The notes beneath the pieces are model-generated. The model saw only the letters and a list, made by a program, of their open reading frames with translations, ran no database searches and had not been told where the DNA came from. Below, one piece after another: positions 36,729-49,124 of a stretch of DNA of 63,283 nt (positions are counted from its first letter, which is position 1; every line of letters begins with the position of its first letter). Source of the stretch: Chara braunii (Eukaryota > Plantae > Charophyceae); NCBI GenBank assembly GCA_003427395.1, contig BFEA01000029.1:1757567-1820849 (forward strand), written 5' to 3'. Both the position numbers and the translations under genes were made by a program.

Positions 36729-37080
36729 ACGTCTTCTTGTGGTAGGAGTTGCAGACACGCAGTACCACCACGTCTTTCACCATGCGTCATCTGTCTGAAG
36801 AACAGGAGTGCCAGTCCGGGACAGGTTTCCAAGGTCCTCAGCACGAAGCTCGTGATTGTGTGTGTGGTACCAGCACTTCGAATTCAAAGTTTTGTGCGTT
36901 GTCGCTGTTGTTGTCAACCGCACGCATGTCTCTCCTTGTGTTCCCTGTTCTGTTCTACCGTGCCGCCACATCTGCCACGTGGGTATCAGTGTCGAGCTTG
37001 AAAATGCAGAAACTCATAAATGTGTCCCGGCTCCGGGCTGTGTTCACTATGTCATTCTTCATACTGGCCATTTGCAGCAA

Positions 37081-37764
37081 CTAATCCGACGCCTTGCTTG
37101 ACTTCTTCGCCTGCTCGATTTCTGTGCGGATCACAAGTTCGGTAAACGCTAGTTGTTGCAATGTCACGCCCATCTTCTCACCGTCTTTTCTTATTTGGAA
37201 CACTTTTGTGAGTGCCCTCTTGAAATGCGATGCTTCCCATGGCTCGTCGTCCTTCCTCCTCCACGTTTTGTCTTTGCTCATCTGGCAACGCAGTTCGTTG
37301 CGCATGGTGTTATTATGATCCATTTGTGCGCCGCGTACGAGGGGGGCACCTCTCTCTCCCCAGAACCAGTGTCTCAAGTGCCAAGACAACTCTCCGCGGA
37401 CCGTTGTCATCATTCGGTTGCACTCTATGAGCACATTCCGCAAACCCTTCTTCTCTACATGCTTCCCCCATCCTGCCCTTACATCTTCTCCCAAAAGGGT
37501 AGCAGCCAACTTCACCGCACTGAAGAAGTCGTCCTCTGAAGGGTAGAAAATTGCGTCCTTCCCTGTTGAGTGCACAAAAGCTTTCACGACGGACCTCAGC
37601 AGTCTGTCTTTTTCCTTTTTCCCAAATAATTCGTTTTCCTCTCCTGTGGCAACCCCTGATTGCTTGACCACTTTCGTGTCGTCCTTGCGCTGTCTCCCTC
37701 CTTGTAATATGTGCCGACCTGCAACAACGCGCGCGATACCCACAAGTTTGAAGTTGTTATGCAC
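37081..37764 (-). CDS. Hypothetical protein, probable transposon cargo (possibly an exon joined to 37936-38949)
   Basis: 227-aa open frame with globular composition, co-oriented with the Ulp1 and transposase genes. No family recognised. Confidence 0.5.
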   Translation of the reverse strand: MHNNFKLVGIARVVAGRHILQGGRQRKDDTKVVKQSGVATGEENELFGKKEKDRLLRSVVKAFVHSTGKDAIFYPSEDDFFSAVKLAATLLGEDVRAGWGKHVEKKGLRNVLIECNRMMTTVRGELSWHLRHWFWGERGAPLVRGAQMDHNNTMRNELRCQMSKDKTWRRKDDEPWEASHFKRALTKVFQIRKDGEKMGVTLQQLAFTELVIRTEIEQAKKSSKASD

Positions 37765-37935
37765 CCCATTCGCACAATGGCTTCACAAGAGAAACAACTG
37801 CAACTGTGGTTAGTTATTTGCAGTGTATCTCAGATTTTCTTATCCTACAACGCATACAGTTCTCTACCATTTTGCACTACGTCCACGCAATGACAACAGT
37901 TTGAGCGAAACAACATGTCGAGTGACCATTTGTCT

Positions 37936-38949
37936 TCAGTTTTTTTTTTTTTTTTTTTTTTTCCTTTCCTCGACCATTCTATACTTACGTCCTTTGTTTG
38001 CCTTCTCCTTTAGGACTAACTGCTTGTCCGCGTTGTTTTCCTCGCTGCGTCCGTCACTTGTTCCTTCATGCGTTCTTCGATACGTGTTTTGTGTATTGTC
38101 TTCGCTACATCTTTCTTCCGTGCCGCTGCTCCGGGATCCGTCTTCCTCCTCTTCATCGTCATCATCGCTATTCTCGTTGTTGCGGGACCCACTATCGTTG
38201 TTCTCCTCTTCGTTGCTCGCATCTTTTCCGTACGATTCTCCTTCGTTGCATGTGCCCTCGCTACGTCTACCGCTGCCCTCGGTATCATTGTGCGGGTCGG
38301 ACTGTTGTGTCTTACGAACTGCATCCCGTGACACGTCTCGTTTTCCGGTGTCGCCTGCCACGACACCATCGGAACCCCTCAGATCAATTGCCTCCTTCTC
38401 CTCTCCCACCCTCTCAATTATTCTCCTCCTCTTCGGATTTTCGATATTGCGTCGAGGTTGATCGGTTGTATCGTGTGCCCTCGGTATCATCGTGCGGGTC
38501 GGACTGTTTTCGTGTGCGATTCTTCACGGAGGCCGGCAATGATTCTACCCCTTTTGCACATGACGTTTTCCTTGGCACCCGTGGCGGTTATCGGTTGTGT
38601 CGTGTGCGATTCTTCACGGAGGCCGGCGAGGTGGGGGCCGACTCTCGTTGTCGTTTGTTACCTTCAGACTGTTTCGCCTTTTGTCGCTTCGTGACCGCAG
38701 CACAGTCCGCTCGGGACTTCATCAAAGCCTCAAAGGTGACGTCTTACTTTTTCCCTGGGGACGTCTCTTGATTTTCCTCTTCTCTTTCCTGACTGCAGTG
38801 TGTTTGCTCTGCCGTGCTGGTGGCTGTCTTTCCTGTATTTGCAATAAGGATGAGGCAAGATCTTCATACCTGCGGCGGGGTGTCATTGCAAAGCTACATG
38901 ACACACACAACATTCCAGTTATGAGCTTTTTACTCAAACGCTCCATCAT
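37936..38949 (-). pseudogene. Acidic/basic low-complexity coding remnant with internal repeats
   Basis: ORFs 38722-38949 and 37936-38490. Duplicated CGTGTGCGATTCTTCACGGAGGCCGGC and CCCTCGGTATCA(T/C)GTGCGGGTCGGACTGTT segments. Confidence 0.4.
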
Positions 38950-38995
38950 GTATAGACCACTTTACAATGCGGTTCAGCCTGGACATTCTTGAAGG

Positions 38996-39076
<81 letters not shown>

Positions 39077-39273
39077 TTTCTCATATTATATGTTGACAGG
39101 GTAAGATATCTCGTCCATGCAAGAAAAAGAAAAAAAAATTGGCGCATTCAATATTGTTCTCCAAATTCCTCGTAATATACACCTCCAGTCCTCCTCCGTT
39201 TTTCGAAATCACGATCCCCCCCCCCCCCNCCCCCCCNANCATCGNCCCNCCGGCATGCCACTTGCGTCGTTGT

Positions 39274-40684
39274 CTAAGGCAATTCGCCACCGTCTTTTCT
39301 TATCTTCACTCTCATCGCACGAGCTAGTGTGCGGTGTGCTCCAAGACTCTTGTGACCTTTTGCTGCTGCTGCGCACTCTGCAATGCGATCGAGAGCTCTG
39401 ACGCGGAAGTTTCGAACAGTTCTTTCATCGATGTGCATCTTCTCTACAATCTCCAGTACGTCGTCTTTCGAGATGTCATTCTGTGTTGGGGGATGTGCAA
39501 GCTTAGTTATCAACTCTTCTGCCATGCAACATACATACACACCACAATCCTCTCTGTTGCTTTGTTGTGAATACCTCGCATGGATGAGTCCACGACCGAA
39601 CACGTCTCTGCAAGTGTTCCACGACTTGTCCACCAGTTGTCGTGTGACATCCGGACCCCTTCTGTTGTCGTTGAGGTATTCGTGCCACAATAATGTCCGC
39701 AACGCCTTCCAATCCGGACTTGCATACCCGTGACATGAGTCAACGATTATGGCGTTCGGGCAATGTGCCGTCGGTCCAAAACTCCCTTACATTCAACAAT
39801 ATGAGCAGCATCCAATGATGTTTGTGGTTAATTGGAATAAGCACAACCGGTGCAACCTCGAGGTCTTTACACTGTCGATGGACTTTGGTCGTCCGACTCT
39901 TCATACGCAACTCCCATCCTCTTTTCGCTGTGTCACCTTGCTGATTAGCGAGCAATTGCGGATTCCAAAACGTTGTGCACACATGCACTTCTGCGGTGTT
40001 CTTACCTTGACATTGCTCTTCGTATACTGACTGCAAATACATGTCCATTACATTGTCATTGAGCCACTTCCCAACGGCCAAGCACATTATATCGGCCTCT
40101 CCCAGTCGAATCTCCTCCCCTCTGCGTTGCCATGTGAGTGATTTTATTTTGGACTCGTCAACAACCTCCAACCCGTCCGACGAGCTTGATGTATTCTCGC
40201 CCTTCTTTCCCTATCTCGTCTTCCCACACGACTCTGAACGTCCCAGATCCACTGACCGGGTTATTCCCCTTGTTGTATACAAGTACATCCTGTTGTACCA
40301 CGGGTCCTTCCGGGACAGGTGCTCCCATCTCTCCAACATAGCCTCCATTGTCATTATTCTGCAATTCGCCGTTGTCCTCTCTGTTGTTTCTTCGACTTCT
40401 GTCATTGTGGCTTCTGGGCTCTTCTCCGTGTGCGTCGCTCCCTTGTCCAACTTTTGCATTTCCACTTCGCTGCGCTCAACATGGTCTTCTTTCCTCGGTA
40501 TTGTTTTCTCTCGATTACTCTCCATCGTGACATCGGCCACGCTCTCACGACCAGGGTTGTTCCCTTCTGTTGTCCGCATTCGTGTTGTTCTTGATCGTTT
40601 CCCTCTTCTCGTGGTCACATCTCCTGCCACTGCTGATAGGTCAGTGTTGTTCCTCGTGATGAGTGACATTCTACCGGTGAACAA
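39274..40684 (-). pseudogene. Ulp1-like C48 (SUMO) protease, frameshifted
   Basis: KWLNDNVMDMYL, VLIPINHKHHWMLLIL (catalytic His) and QQSNREDCGVYVC (oxyanion Gln and catalytic Cys), spread over three frames. Confidence 0.9.
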
Positions 40685-40744
40685 GCCAGCAGCATTTTCA
40701 CGAGCTTTTTAGCGTCAGTTTTGGTTGTCGTTCCTTGGTCAAGC

Positions 40745-40816
<72 letters not shown>

Positions 40817-40926
40817 ATTTGGGTGGTGGGGGCCATAAAGAGGTGGTGCGTGAGAGGTGTTCCTTTGATTGGCACGTACTACCCAGCCGGACCGTGCTGT
40901 CACCGTTCAGCGCCGCGAGCGACATA

Positions 40927-43703
40927 TCACAATACAAATCTGTTCAAGTAAAAAGTGTCGTCACGTTGTCTTCCATATGTTGATGAACCCCACATCAGTT
41001 TTGCGAAATATGGAACAATGTGTACAGTGTTCGTGATGCTGTCAACGGAGATGACGCTGCACAGTTGGCGACCATTTATCACTTCCCATTTCAATTTTTT
41101 GCACCCTGTCACATCTGCTCTTTCAGTGTCTGCCTCTTTGTACCATTTCACAAAGGCGCACTCGTGCGTGGTGGGCACTCCTTCCGTACAGGTGTTCATG
41201 GCAAAAAACATTGCCACAGATGCATACCACATACTTCCTGTCTGTGCCCTCACAGACACATCACTGTGCACCGCTTTCCCGTGGAAGTTGGGTGAAGCCC
41301 TCGCAGTTTGCACAAGTGCGCCCCTGGTTGTTCTTTCGCCTGTTGCTACGATGGCCAGATGCGTTCTAGTGCGTATTAACATGTCCTCTGGCGGTGGATT
41401 GCACCCGTTTTCCGACATGTATGTGTGAAGAGCTTCTGGAAATAACTCCTTACACGGGAGGGCATCCAATATTGCTTTGGTGGTTCCCGTCGCACCTTCG
41501 TTCCCATTTATTCCTTCATTTTCTTGGGGGAAATATCAGAGTTGCATCTTTGCCGTGTCGTGTGCGGCAAGTGTGTTCATTCCACGTGCCGAGCACTCCA
41601 TGACCGACGACCAATTTTCAGTTGTCCTCTTCCTGTGTTTCCGTGCACGGTCAATGTCGTCGTCGAATGCGACTGTCCTTCGCACGTGATTTACCATTTG
41701 AAACGAGGCTTTGCGTTTGTTCGACGACAGGAAAGGCTGTTTGCAAAACTTCTGGTGGTGGTGCTCCTAGACATCGGCCGCGAAGCTATCAGGGAGACCT
41801 GAACGTTCGATGCACGCCCTCAAATGCANAAGGTCATGTAACTTCGNCACTTTCCNGTTNGAGGTTTNATAACGACCCAGGACNTGTTTGAGGGTTGTTA
41901 TGAAGTCCGTCATCAGATTGTCACATGCGTCAAGCGAATGACTTGAATGCTTTGTGCACCGGAACATTGAGATGTACAGTTCTATTAGTTTCTTGAAACA
42001 AGATGTTATTCGTTTCCCTACTGAACCGGGGACTATGTTGGACACTATGAATACGCACACTGTCATGACCGACTGGTTCTGCTTAGCTTCGAAACGGCCC
42101 TCTCGTGAAAAGTAGTCGCAACCTGTTGCAACAGGTAGCACAAGTTGCGGATACGTAGTACTCCTTCTCTTGCTCAATGTTTGCAACCTCGCATCCAACT
42201 CCTTCAACACATGGCTTTGTGGGACGTGGCTTAACTTGTCAAAGGGAGCTGCTTTGAAAGCGTCTAACATGTGCAAAAAAATGTCATGCTCGATGGTGTG
42301 CATGCGGTCCGGTTGCAGAGCCAGGTGGTAGTCGAACATCAGATCATCGTCTTCAAGACCTCTATGAAACCCCCACAGGCCGTTCTCTTTCAAATGTGTG
42401 TGCATGTTCAAGTTCGACAATTGTGTCTTCGCCAAGCGACGAACATCATCGTTGTCTGTCGTGTGGAATTCTATTAGAAGTGCACGTTCCCTGCTTTGTG
42501 ATCGACGATAGTTATTGAAGTCCGCAATGACATCAAAATGTGATTTTGACACTGTGCATGTCGCGTAAACACCGTATCGAACCGTTGCGATGGCGCACCT
42601 CTCAGGGTAATCTTTAATATAATTCAGTAGGAAAGGGTGCACTGTTACTTCTCCCCAGCGCTCATCGTCATAAACAATGCCATCATGCGACGCGTGCTTC
42701 GCAGCCTGCAACACCGCAGACAGAGCTGAGTGCAATATGACGGCTTTGCGTTGCCTGAACGCGGTGCTTTGCAAACCCCATCCCTTGTCTCTTGGGCGGT
42801 GATGGAGGACAGGAAGATACGCGAGAAGTGTCGCGTAATGTGCATGGTCACCTATTGACATCATTAATGGATATGTTGTCTGTTTTTGCCGTCCATCTAC
42901 ATGTGTCTTGTCAGAATACATACAGATTGGCACTGCATACCGTGTTCTGCCATTCTTATTTACGCCTTTGTGCGCTCTGATGATGGTCTGCACGTGATGC
43001 TCCAACACAGCGAGCGCTGTCTATTGTGGGTTCTGGCTGGGGGGGAGGGGGCCGAGAGACACGACACCGTTTCCATATTCCTCGTCGCTGCTTTGAGCAG
43101 TGACGTGAAAGTCGTGCGCCAATCTCGGTACCATAGCACGGCATGTGCATCCGGTGGCCAGTCATCACTTCTGAGATCTATCTCCCGCCACCCGTTCGTC
43201 TCTGCCTGCCTGCTCGTCCAACGTAAAAACTCACAGCTGTTGCGATACACGATTTCCTACGGCGAAAAACTTGGATCTCTCAGTACTAAGAGAAGAGCGT
43301 CGATGTCGTTAAGTGACATCCCTAAGCTACTCCTAGAGGACAATATGATCGCAGCCAGTCTGCGGGATGTGTCAAACGCCCGCACGTCGGGGGGATCTTC
43401 CTCGGAACCACATTCCATTTCGGCTTCCACAGCGAGGTCGACGATGTTCTCTCCCAGACCATTGCCATCCGGCGCGCCGTCCTCCCCCTCGGATCTGTTG
43501 TCCCGACTCTGTCCGTCGTCATCGTTTGATCTACGACTCGTTGGCACCAGACATGCCCTCGCGCGATAAGAGTTTAATGTCCTTAATGAACTGAAAGGTC
43601 GACCGCATTCACACACCATGTGGTCGTCCGTCATCTGCTCTGTCGACTCTATAGGATATGAAATGCCCTCACACCTACAATGCCAAATGCTTTGCACACA
43701 CAA
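40927..43703 (-). pseudogene. Plavaka-type (CACTA/CMC-related) transposase with N-terminal zinc finger and C-terminal BAH-like part, frameshifted
   Basis: CECGRPFSSLRTLNSY zinc finger; LWYRD; MYSDKT..YPLMMSIG..LLAYLP; HPFLLNYIKDYPERCAIA; PDRMHTIEH; KLHDLxH; CAFVKWY..SVDSITNTVHIVPYF..FYLNRF. Confidence 0.82.
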
Positions 43704-43997
43704 TGGACTTACTACTTGGCCCTTCCACGAAGTTCGTTTTTTTATCCTACCTCGCTACCACAAACACAACAATAAAAAGACACGTTCAGTGTTCCATTCC
43801 TAACTGAGCACCGAAAAGTGGAATCCCGTTTTTCGAGACATACCACTGCCTCTCGTGATGTTCATTTCCATTCATATTTTATCCACCTGCCAATGAGCCA
43901 CAATACCCTGCGGCAGAGTTTTGAGCTATGGTCATTGTGGACACATTATCGCAGTCTTTTAACCGCACCAACACTCACGAGACAGAGAGAGAGATAG

Positions 43998-44060
<63 letters not shown>

Positions 44061-44109
44061 ATCACACAGTATCCCTACAGTATCACACAGACTCACACAT
44101 GCAGGTTTG

Positions 44110-44288
44110 CATAAACATCATGCAATATTAACAAAGTTGCGAAAGGAAAATCCCGCTTTTCGACATGGTTGGGTAGTGGGTGTCACTTATGTCGTAAGAC
44201 GGCAACGACGTCTTCAAATACGGCCCCACCTTCCCAACCACATCGTCATAAGCAATCGACATGTGATATGGTTATAAGAATATGTAAT
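44110..44288 (+). repeat. Dispersed element-internal repeat (left arm of a ~175-bp inverted pair with 48671-48850)
   Basis: Core GGTTGGG(T/A)AGTGGGTG(T/C)CACTTA...CGTCTTCA...TCCCAACC also occurs at about 58118-58188, 58761-58819 and 63089-63162, with partial copies at about 59321, 59400 and 62906. Confidence 0.8.
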
Positions 44289-44338
44289 NNNNNNNNNNNN
44301 NNNNNNNNNNNNNNNNNNNNNNNNNNNNGGGGGGGGGG

Positions 44339-44432
<94 letters not shown>

Positions 44433-44559
44433 TGAATTCTGAACCAAATCACTTACGGCGGGAGGAAAGATGGTTAATGGAGGCTATATATTCCGCCGAA
44501 TGTATAGTGAAAAGAGTCTTATATATGGTATACCGAAGACAAACACATCCATGAAGTGA

Positions 44560-47252
44560 CAATACACTTCAGGATTTACTTAGTCATTTTTTTTTATTTG
44601 GCATATTATATCTCGACGTGTATTCGGTGTTTCGTTACCTAAATACACTTCGGGATTTTCGGGATTTCACTTAGGGATTTTTTTCAATGTGGCATATTAT
44701 ATCCCAACGTGTATTCGGTGTTTCGTTACCGAAATACACTTCGGGATTTTCAGGATTTCACTTCGTTATTTTTTTCAATCTTGCATATTATATCCCGACG
44801 TGTATTCGATGTTTCGTAACCGAAATACACTTCGGGATTTTTGGGACTTTACTTAGTCATTTTTTTCAATCTGGCATATTATATCTCGACGTGTATTCGG
44901 GGTTTCGTTACTGAAATACACTTCGGGATTTTCGGGATTTTACTTAGTCATTTTTTTTTATCTCGCACATTATATCCCGACGTGTATTCAGTGTTTCGTT
45001 ACCGAAATACACTTCGGCATTTTGGGGATTTTAATTAGTCATTTTTTTCGATCTGGCATATTATATCCCAACGTGTATTCGGTGTTTCGTTACCGAAATA
45101 CACTTCGGGATTTTCAGGATTTTACTTAGTTGTTTTTTTCAATCTGGCATATTGTATCCCGACGTGTATTCGATGTTTCGTTACCGAAATTCACTTCGGG
45201 ATTTTTGGGATTTTACTTAGTTATTTTTTTCGATCTGGCATATTGTATCCCGATGTGTATTCGGTGTTTCGTTACCGAAATACACTTCGGGATTTTCGGG
45301 ACTTTACTTAGTCATTTTTTTCGATCTGGCATATTGTATCCCGACATGTATTCGGTGTTTCGTTACCGAAATACACTTCGGGATTTTCGTAATCTTACTT
45401 AGTCATTTTTTTCGATCTGGCATATTGTATCCCGACGTGTATTCGGTGTTTCGTTACCGAAATACACGTCGGGATTTTCGGGATTTTACTTAGTCATTTT
45501 TTTCGATCTGGCATATTGTATCCCGACGTGTATTCGATGTTCCGTAACCGAAATACACTTTGGCATTTCCGGGATTTTACTTAGTCATTTCTTTCGATCT
45601 GGCATATTATACCCGATGTGTATTCGGTGTTTCGTTACCGAAATACACTTAGGGATTTTCGGGATTTTACTACGTCATTTTTTTAGATATGACATATTGT
45701 ATCCCGACGTATATTCGGTGTTTCGTTACCGAAATACACTTCGGGATTCTCGGGATTTTACTTAGTTATTTTTTTCAATCTGGCATATTGTATCCCGACG
45801 TATATTCGGTGTTTCGTTACCGAAATACACTTCGGGATTTTCGGGATTTTACTACGTCATTTTTTTTTATCTGGCATATTATATCCCGACGTGTATTCGG
45901 TGTTTCGTTACCGAAATACACTCTGGGATTTTCGGGATTTTACTTAGTCATTTTTTTTAATCTTACATATTATATCCCGATGTGTATTCAGTGTTTCGTT
46001 ACCGAAGTACACTTTGGGAGTTTTGGGATTTTACTTAGTTATTTTTCTCGATCTTGCATATTGTATCCCGACGTGTATTCGGTGTTTCGTTACCAAAATA
46101 CACTTCGGGATTTTTCGGATTTTACTTGATTATTTTTCTCAATCTGGCATATTGTATCCCGACGTGTGTTCGGTGTTTCGTTACCGAACTACACTTCGGG
46201 ATTTTCGAGATTTTACTTAGTCATTTTTTTCGATCTGACATATTGTATCCCGACCTGTATTCGTTGTTTCATTACCGAAATACACCTCGGGATTCTCGGG
46301 ATTTTACTTAGTTTTGTTTCTACGTTATATCCCAAAGTATTTTCAGTGTTTCGTTACCGAAATACACTTCGGGATTTTTGGGATTTTACTTGGTCATTTT
46401 TTTCGATCTGCCATATTGTATCCCAACGTGTATTCAGTGTTTCGTTACCAAAATACACCTCGGGATTTTTAGGATTTTACTTAGTCATTTTTTTCAATTT
46501 GGCATATTGTATCCCGACGTGTATTCGGTGTTTCGTTACCGAAATACACTTCGAGATTTTCGGGATTTTACTTAGTCATTTTTTTTCTGTCTGGCATATT
46601 ATATCCCGACGTGTATTCGGTGTTTCGTTACCGAAATGCACTTCGGGATTTTCGGGATTTTACTTAGTCATTTTTCTTGATCTGGCATATTGTATCCCGA
46701 CGTGTATTCGGTGTTTCGTTACCGAAATACACTTTGGGATTTTTTGGATTTTACGTAGTCATTTTTTTCAATCTGGCATATTGTATCTCGATGTGTATTC
46801 GGTGTTTCGTTACCGAAATACACTTCGGGATTTTTAGGATTTTACTTAGTCATTTTTTTCGATCTGGCATATTGTATCCCGACGTGTATTCGGTGTTTCG
46901 TTACCGAAATACACTTCGAAAATTTCGGGATTTTACTTAGTCATTTTTTTCGATCTGACATTTTACTTAGTCATTTNNNNNNNNNNNNNNNNNNNNNNNN
47001 NNNNNNNNNNNTTTTTTCGATCTGACATTTTACTTAGTCATTTTTTTCGATCTGGCGTATTGTATCCCAACGTGTATTCGGTGTTTCGTTACCGAAATAC
47101 ACTTCGGGATTTTTGGGATTACACTTGGTCATTTTTTTCGATCCGGCATATTATATCGCGACGTGTATTCGGTGTTTCGTTACCGAAATACACTTCGGGA
47201 TCTTCGAGATTTTACTTAGTCATTTTTCTTGATCTGGTATATTGTATCCCGA

Positions 47253-47253
<1 letters not shown>
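44560..47253 (+). repeat. Satellite array 1, 91-bp palindromic monomer, about 29 copies
   Basis: Unit TTTTACTTAGTCATTTTTTTCGATCTGGCATATTGTATCCCGACGTGTATTCGGTGTTTCGTTACCGAAATACACTTCGGGATTTTCGGGA; unit starts at 45211, 45302 and 45393. Confidence 0.95.
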
Positions 47254-47320
<67 letters not shown>

Positions 47321-47419
47321 TTCTCTTTCACACACTCTCTTTCTCTCTCTCTCATGCGCACCCACCCTCGCTCAAGTTGGTCCACACAACCACTCCCAAT
47401 AAACTTTGGAATATAACGC

Positions 47420-47992
47420 ACAAACGGGATTAAGTAATTGAAACTCTCGATGTGTATTTCGGTAATGAAACACCGAAAACACTTTAGGATATAACATAGA
47501 AACGAGACCAAGTAAATCTCAAAAAATCCCAAAGTCTATTTCGGTAATGAAACACCAAACACACTTCAAGATATAACATAAAAACAAGACTAAGTAAATC
47601 CCGAAAATCCCGAAGTCTATTTCGGTAACGAAATACCGAAAACACTTCGGGATGTAACATGCCAAATGAAGTAAAATGACGAAGTAAATCTCGAAAAATC
47701 CCGAAGTCTATTTCGGTAATGAAAAACCGAAAACACTTCGGGGTATAATGTAGAAACAGGACTAAGTAAATCCCTAAAATCCCGAAGTGTATTTCGATAA
47801 TGAAGCACCAAAAACACTTCTGCATATAACGTAGAAACGAGACTAAGTAAATCCCGAAAATCCCGAATTGTATTTCGGTAACAAAACACTAAAAATACTT
47901 CAGGATATAATGTAGAAACAAGACTAAGTCAGATCCCGAAAATCCCGAAGTGTATTTCGGTAACAAAACACCGATTACACGTCGGGATACAA
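47420..47992 (-). repeat. Inverted block of the same satellite, about 6-7 diverged copies
   Basis: ACTAAGTAAATCCCGAAAATCCCGAAGTGTATTTCGGTAA is the reverse complement of the array 1 monomer. Confidence 0.9.
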
Positions 47993-48225
47993 TCATGGTT
48001 TGTTCTCATACAGAAGGAGACCATTCTGACGACATCGATGTCATGGGGTGTGAACCTGAGTTGCGTCATACACGGAGCAGCTGCCACAACCCACAATGTC
48101 AACAGCGGCTGCAATTATACATGCACAACCAACACTCCTTCTGCGTGCCGCGAAAGACGACAATATCGATGCTGCTATGGACATGGGTTGAACATCACAG
48201 GAACAATTGAAACGAAGAAAATTAT

Positions 48226-48290
<65 letters not shown>

Positions 48291-48590
48291 NNNNNNNNNN
48301 NNNNNNNNNNNNNNNNNNNNNNNNNNNNNNNNNNNNNNNNNNNNNNNNNNNNNNNNNNNNNNNNNNNNNNNNNNNNNNNNNNNNNNNNNNNNNNNNNNNN
48401 NNNNNNNNNNNNNNNNNNNNNNNNNNNNNNNNNNNNNNNNNNNNNNNNNNNNNNNNNNNNNNNNNNNNNNNNNNNNNNNNNNNNNNNNNNNNNNNNNNNN
48501 NNNNNNNNNNNNNNNNNNNNNNNNNNNNNNNNNNNNNNNNNNNNNNNNNNNNNNNNNNNNNNNNNNNNNNNNNNNNNNNNNNNNNNNNNN

Positions 48591-48670
<80 letters not shown>

Positions 48671-48674
<4 letters not shown>

Positions 48675-48850
48675 TAGATATTCTTATTACCATATCACAT
48701 GTCCATTGCATGTGACGATGTGGTTGGGAAGTCGGAGCCGTATATGAAGACGTTGTTGTCGTCTCGCGACATAAGTGGCACCCACTTCCCAACCGTGTTG
48801 AAAACCGGGATTTTCCTTACGCTGCAGTGTTAATATTGCATGGTGTTTAT
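48671..48850 (-). repeat. Right arm of the ~175-bp inverted repeat
   Basis: Reverse complement of 44110-44288 with scattered substitutions. Confidence 0.8.
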
Positions 48851-49124
48851 TCATACACACCTTCCAGATTCATTCCTGAAGATGTGGTTAGGAACTGAAG
48901 ATGCATTATGGCCACGTTGATGTCGTGTCCCGCCCACTCGTAACCAATGGACCTCGGAAAATACGCCGAATTGCATAGCAAAGCTTATTTACGAAGGGTT
49001 GGCGAAATCGCTAAAACCGTTTCGCGAAGAGGAAATGTCCATTTATGAGTTCGTATTTTGAGAGCAACAAAGTGTCATTTTTCAGAGAATTACAAGTTAT
49101 GGGCAATCACGAATATCTCAGAAT

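Noticed and set aside
35354-37001. Long ORFs of 350-500 aa (also at 48038-48792 and 57889-59005)
   Set aside because: They are made of N gaps and microsatellites.
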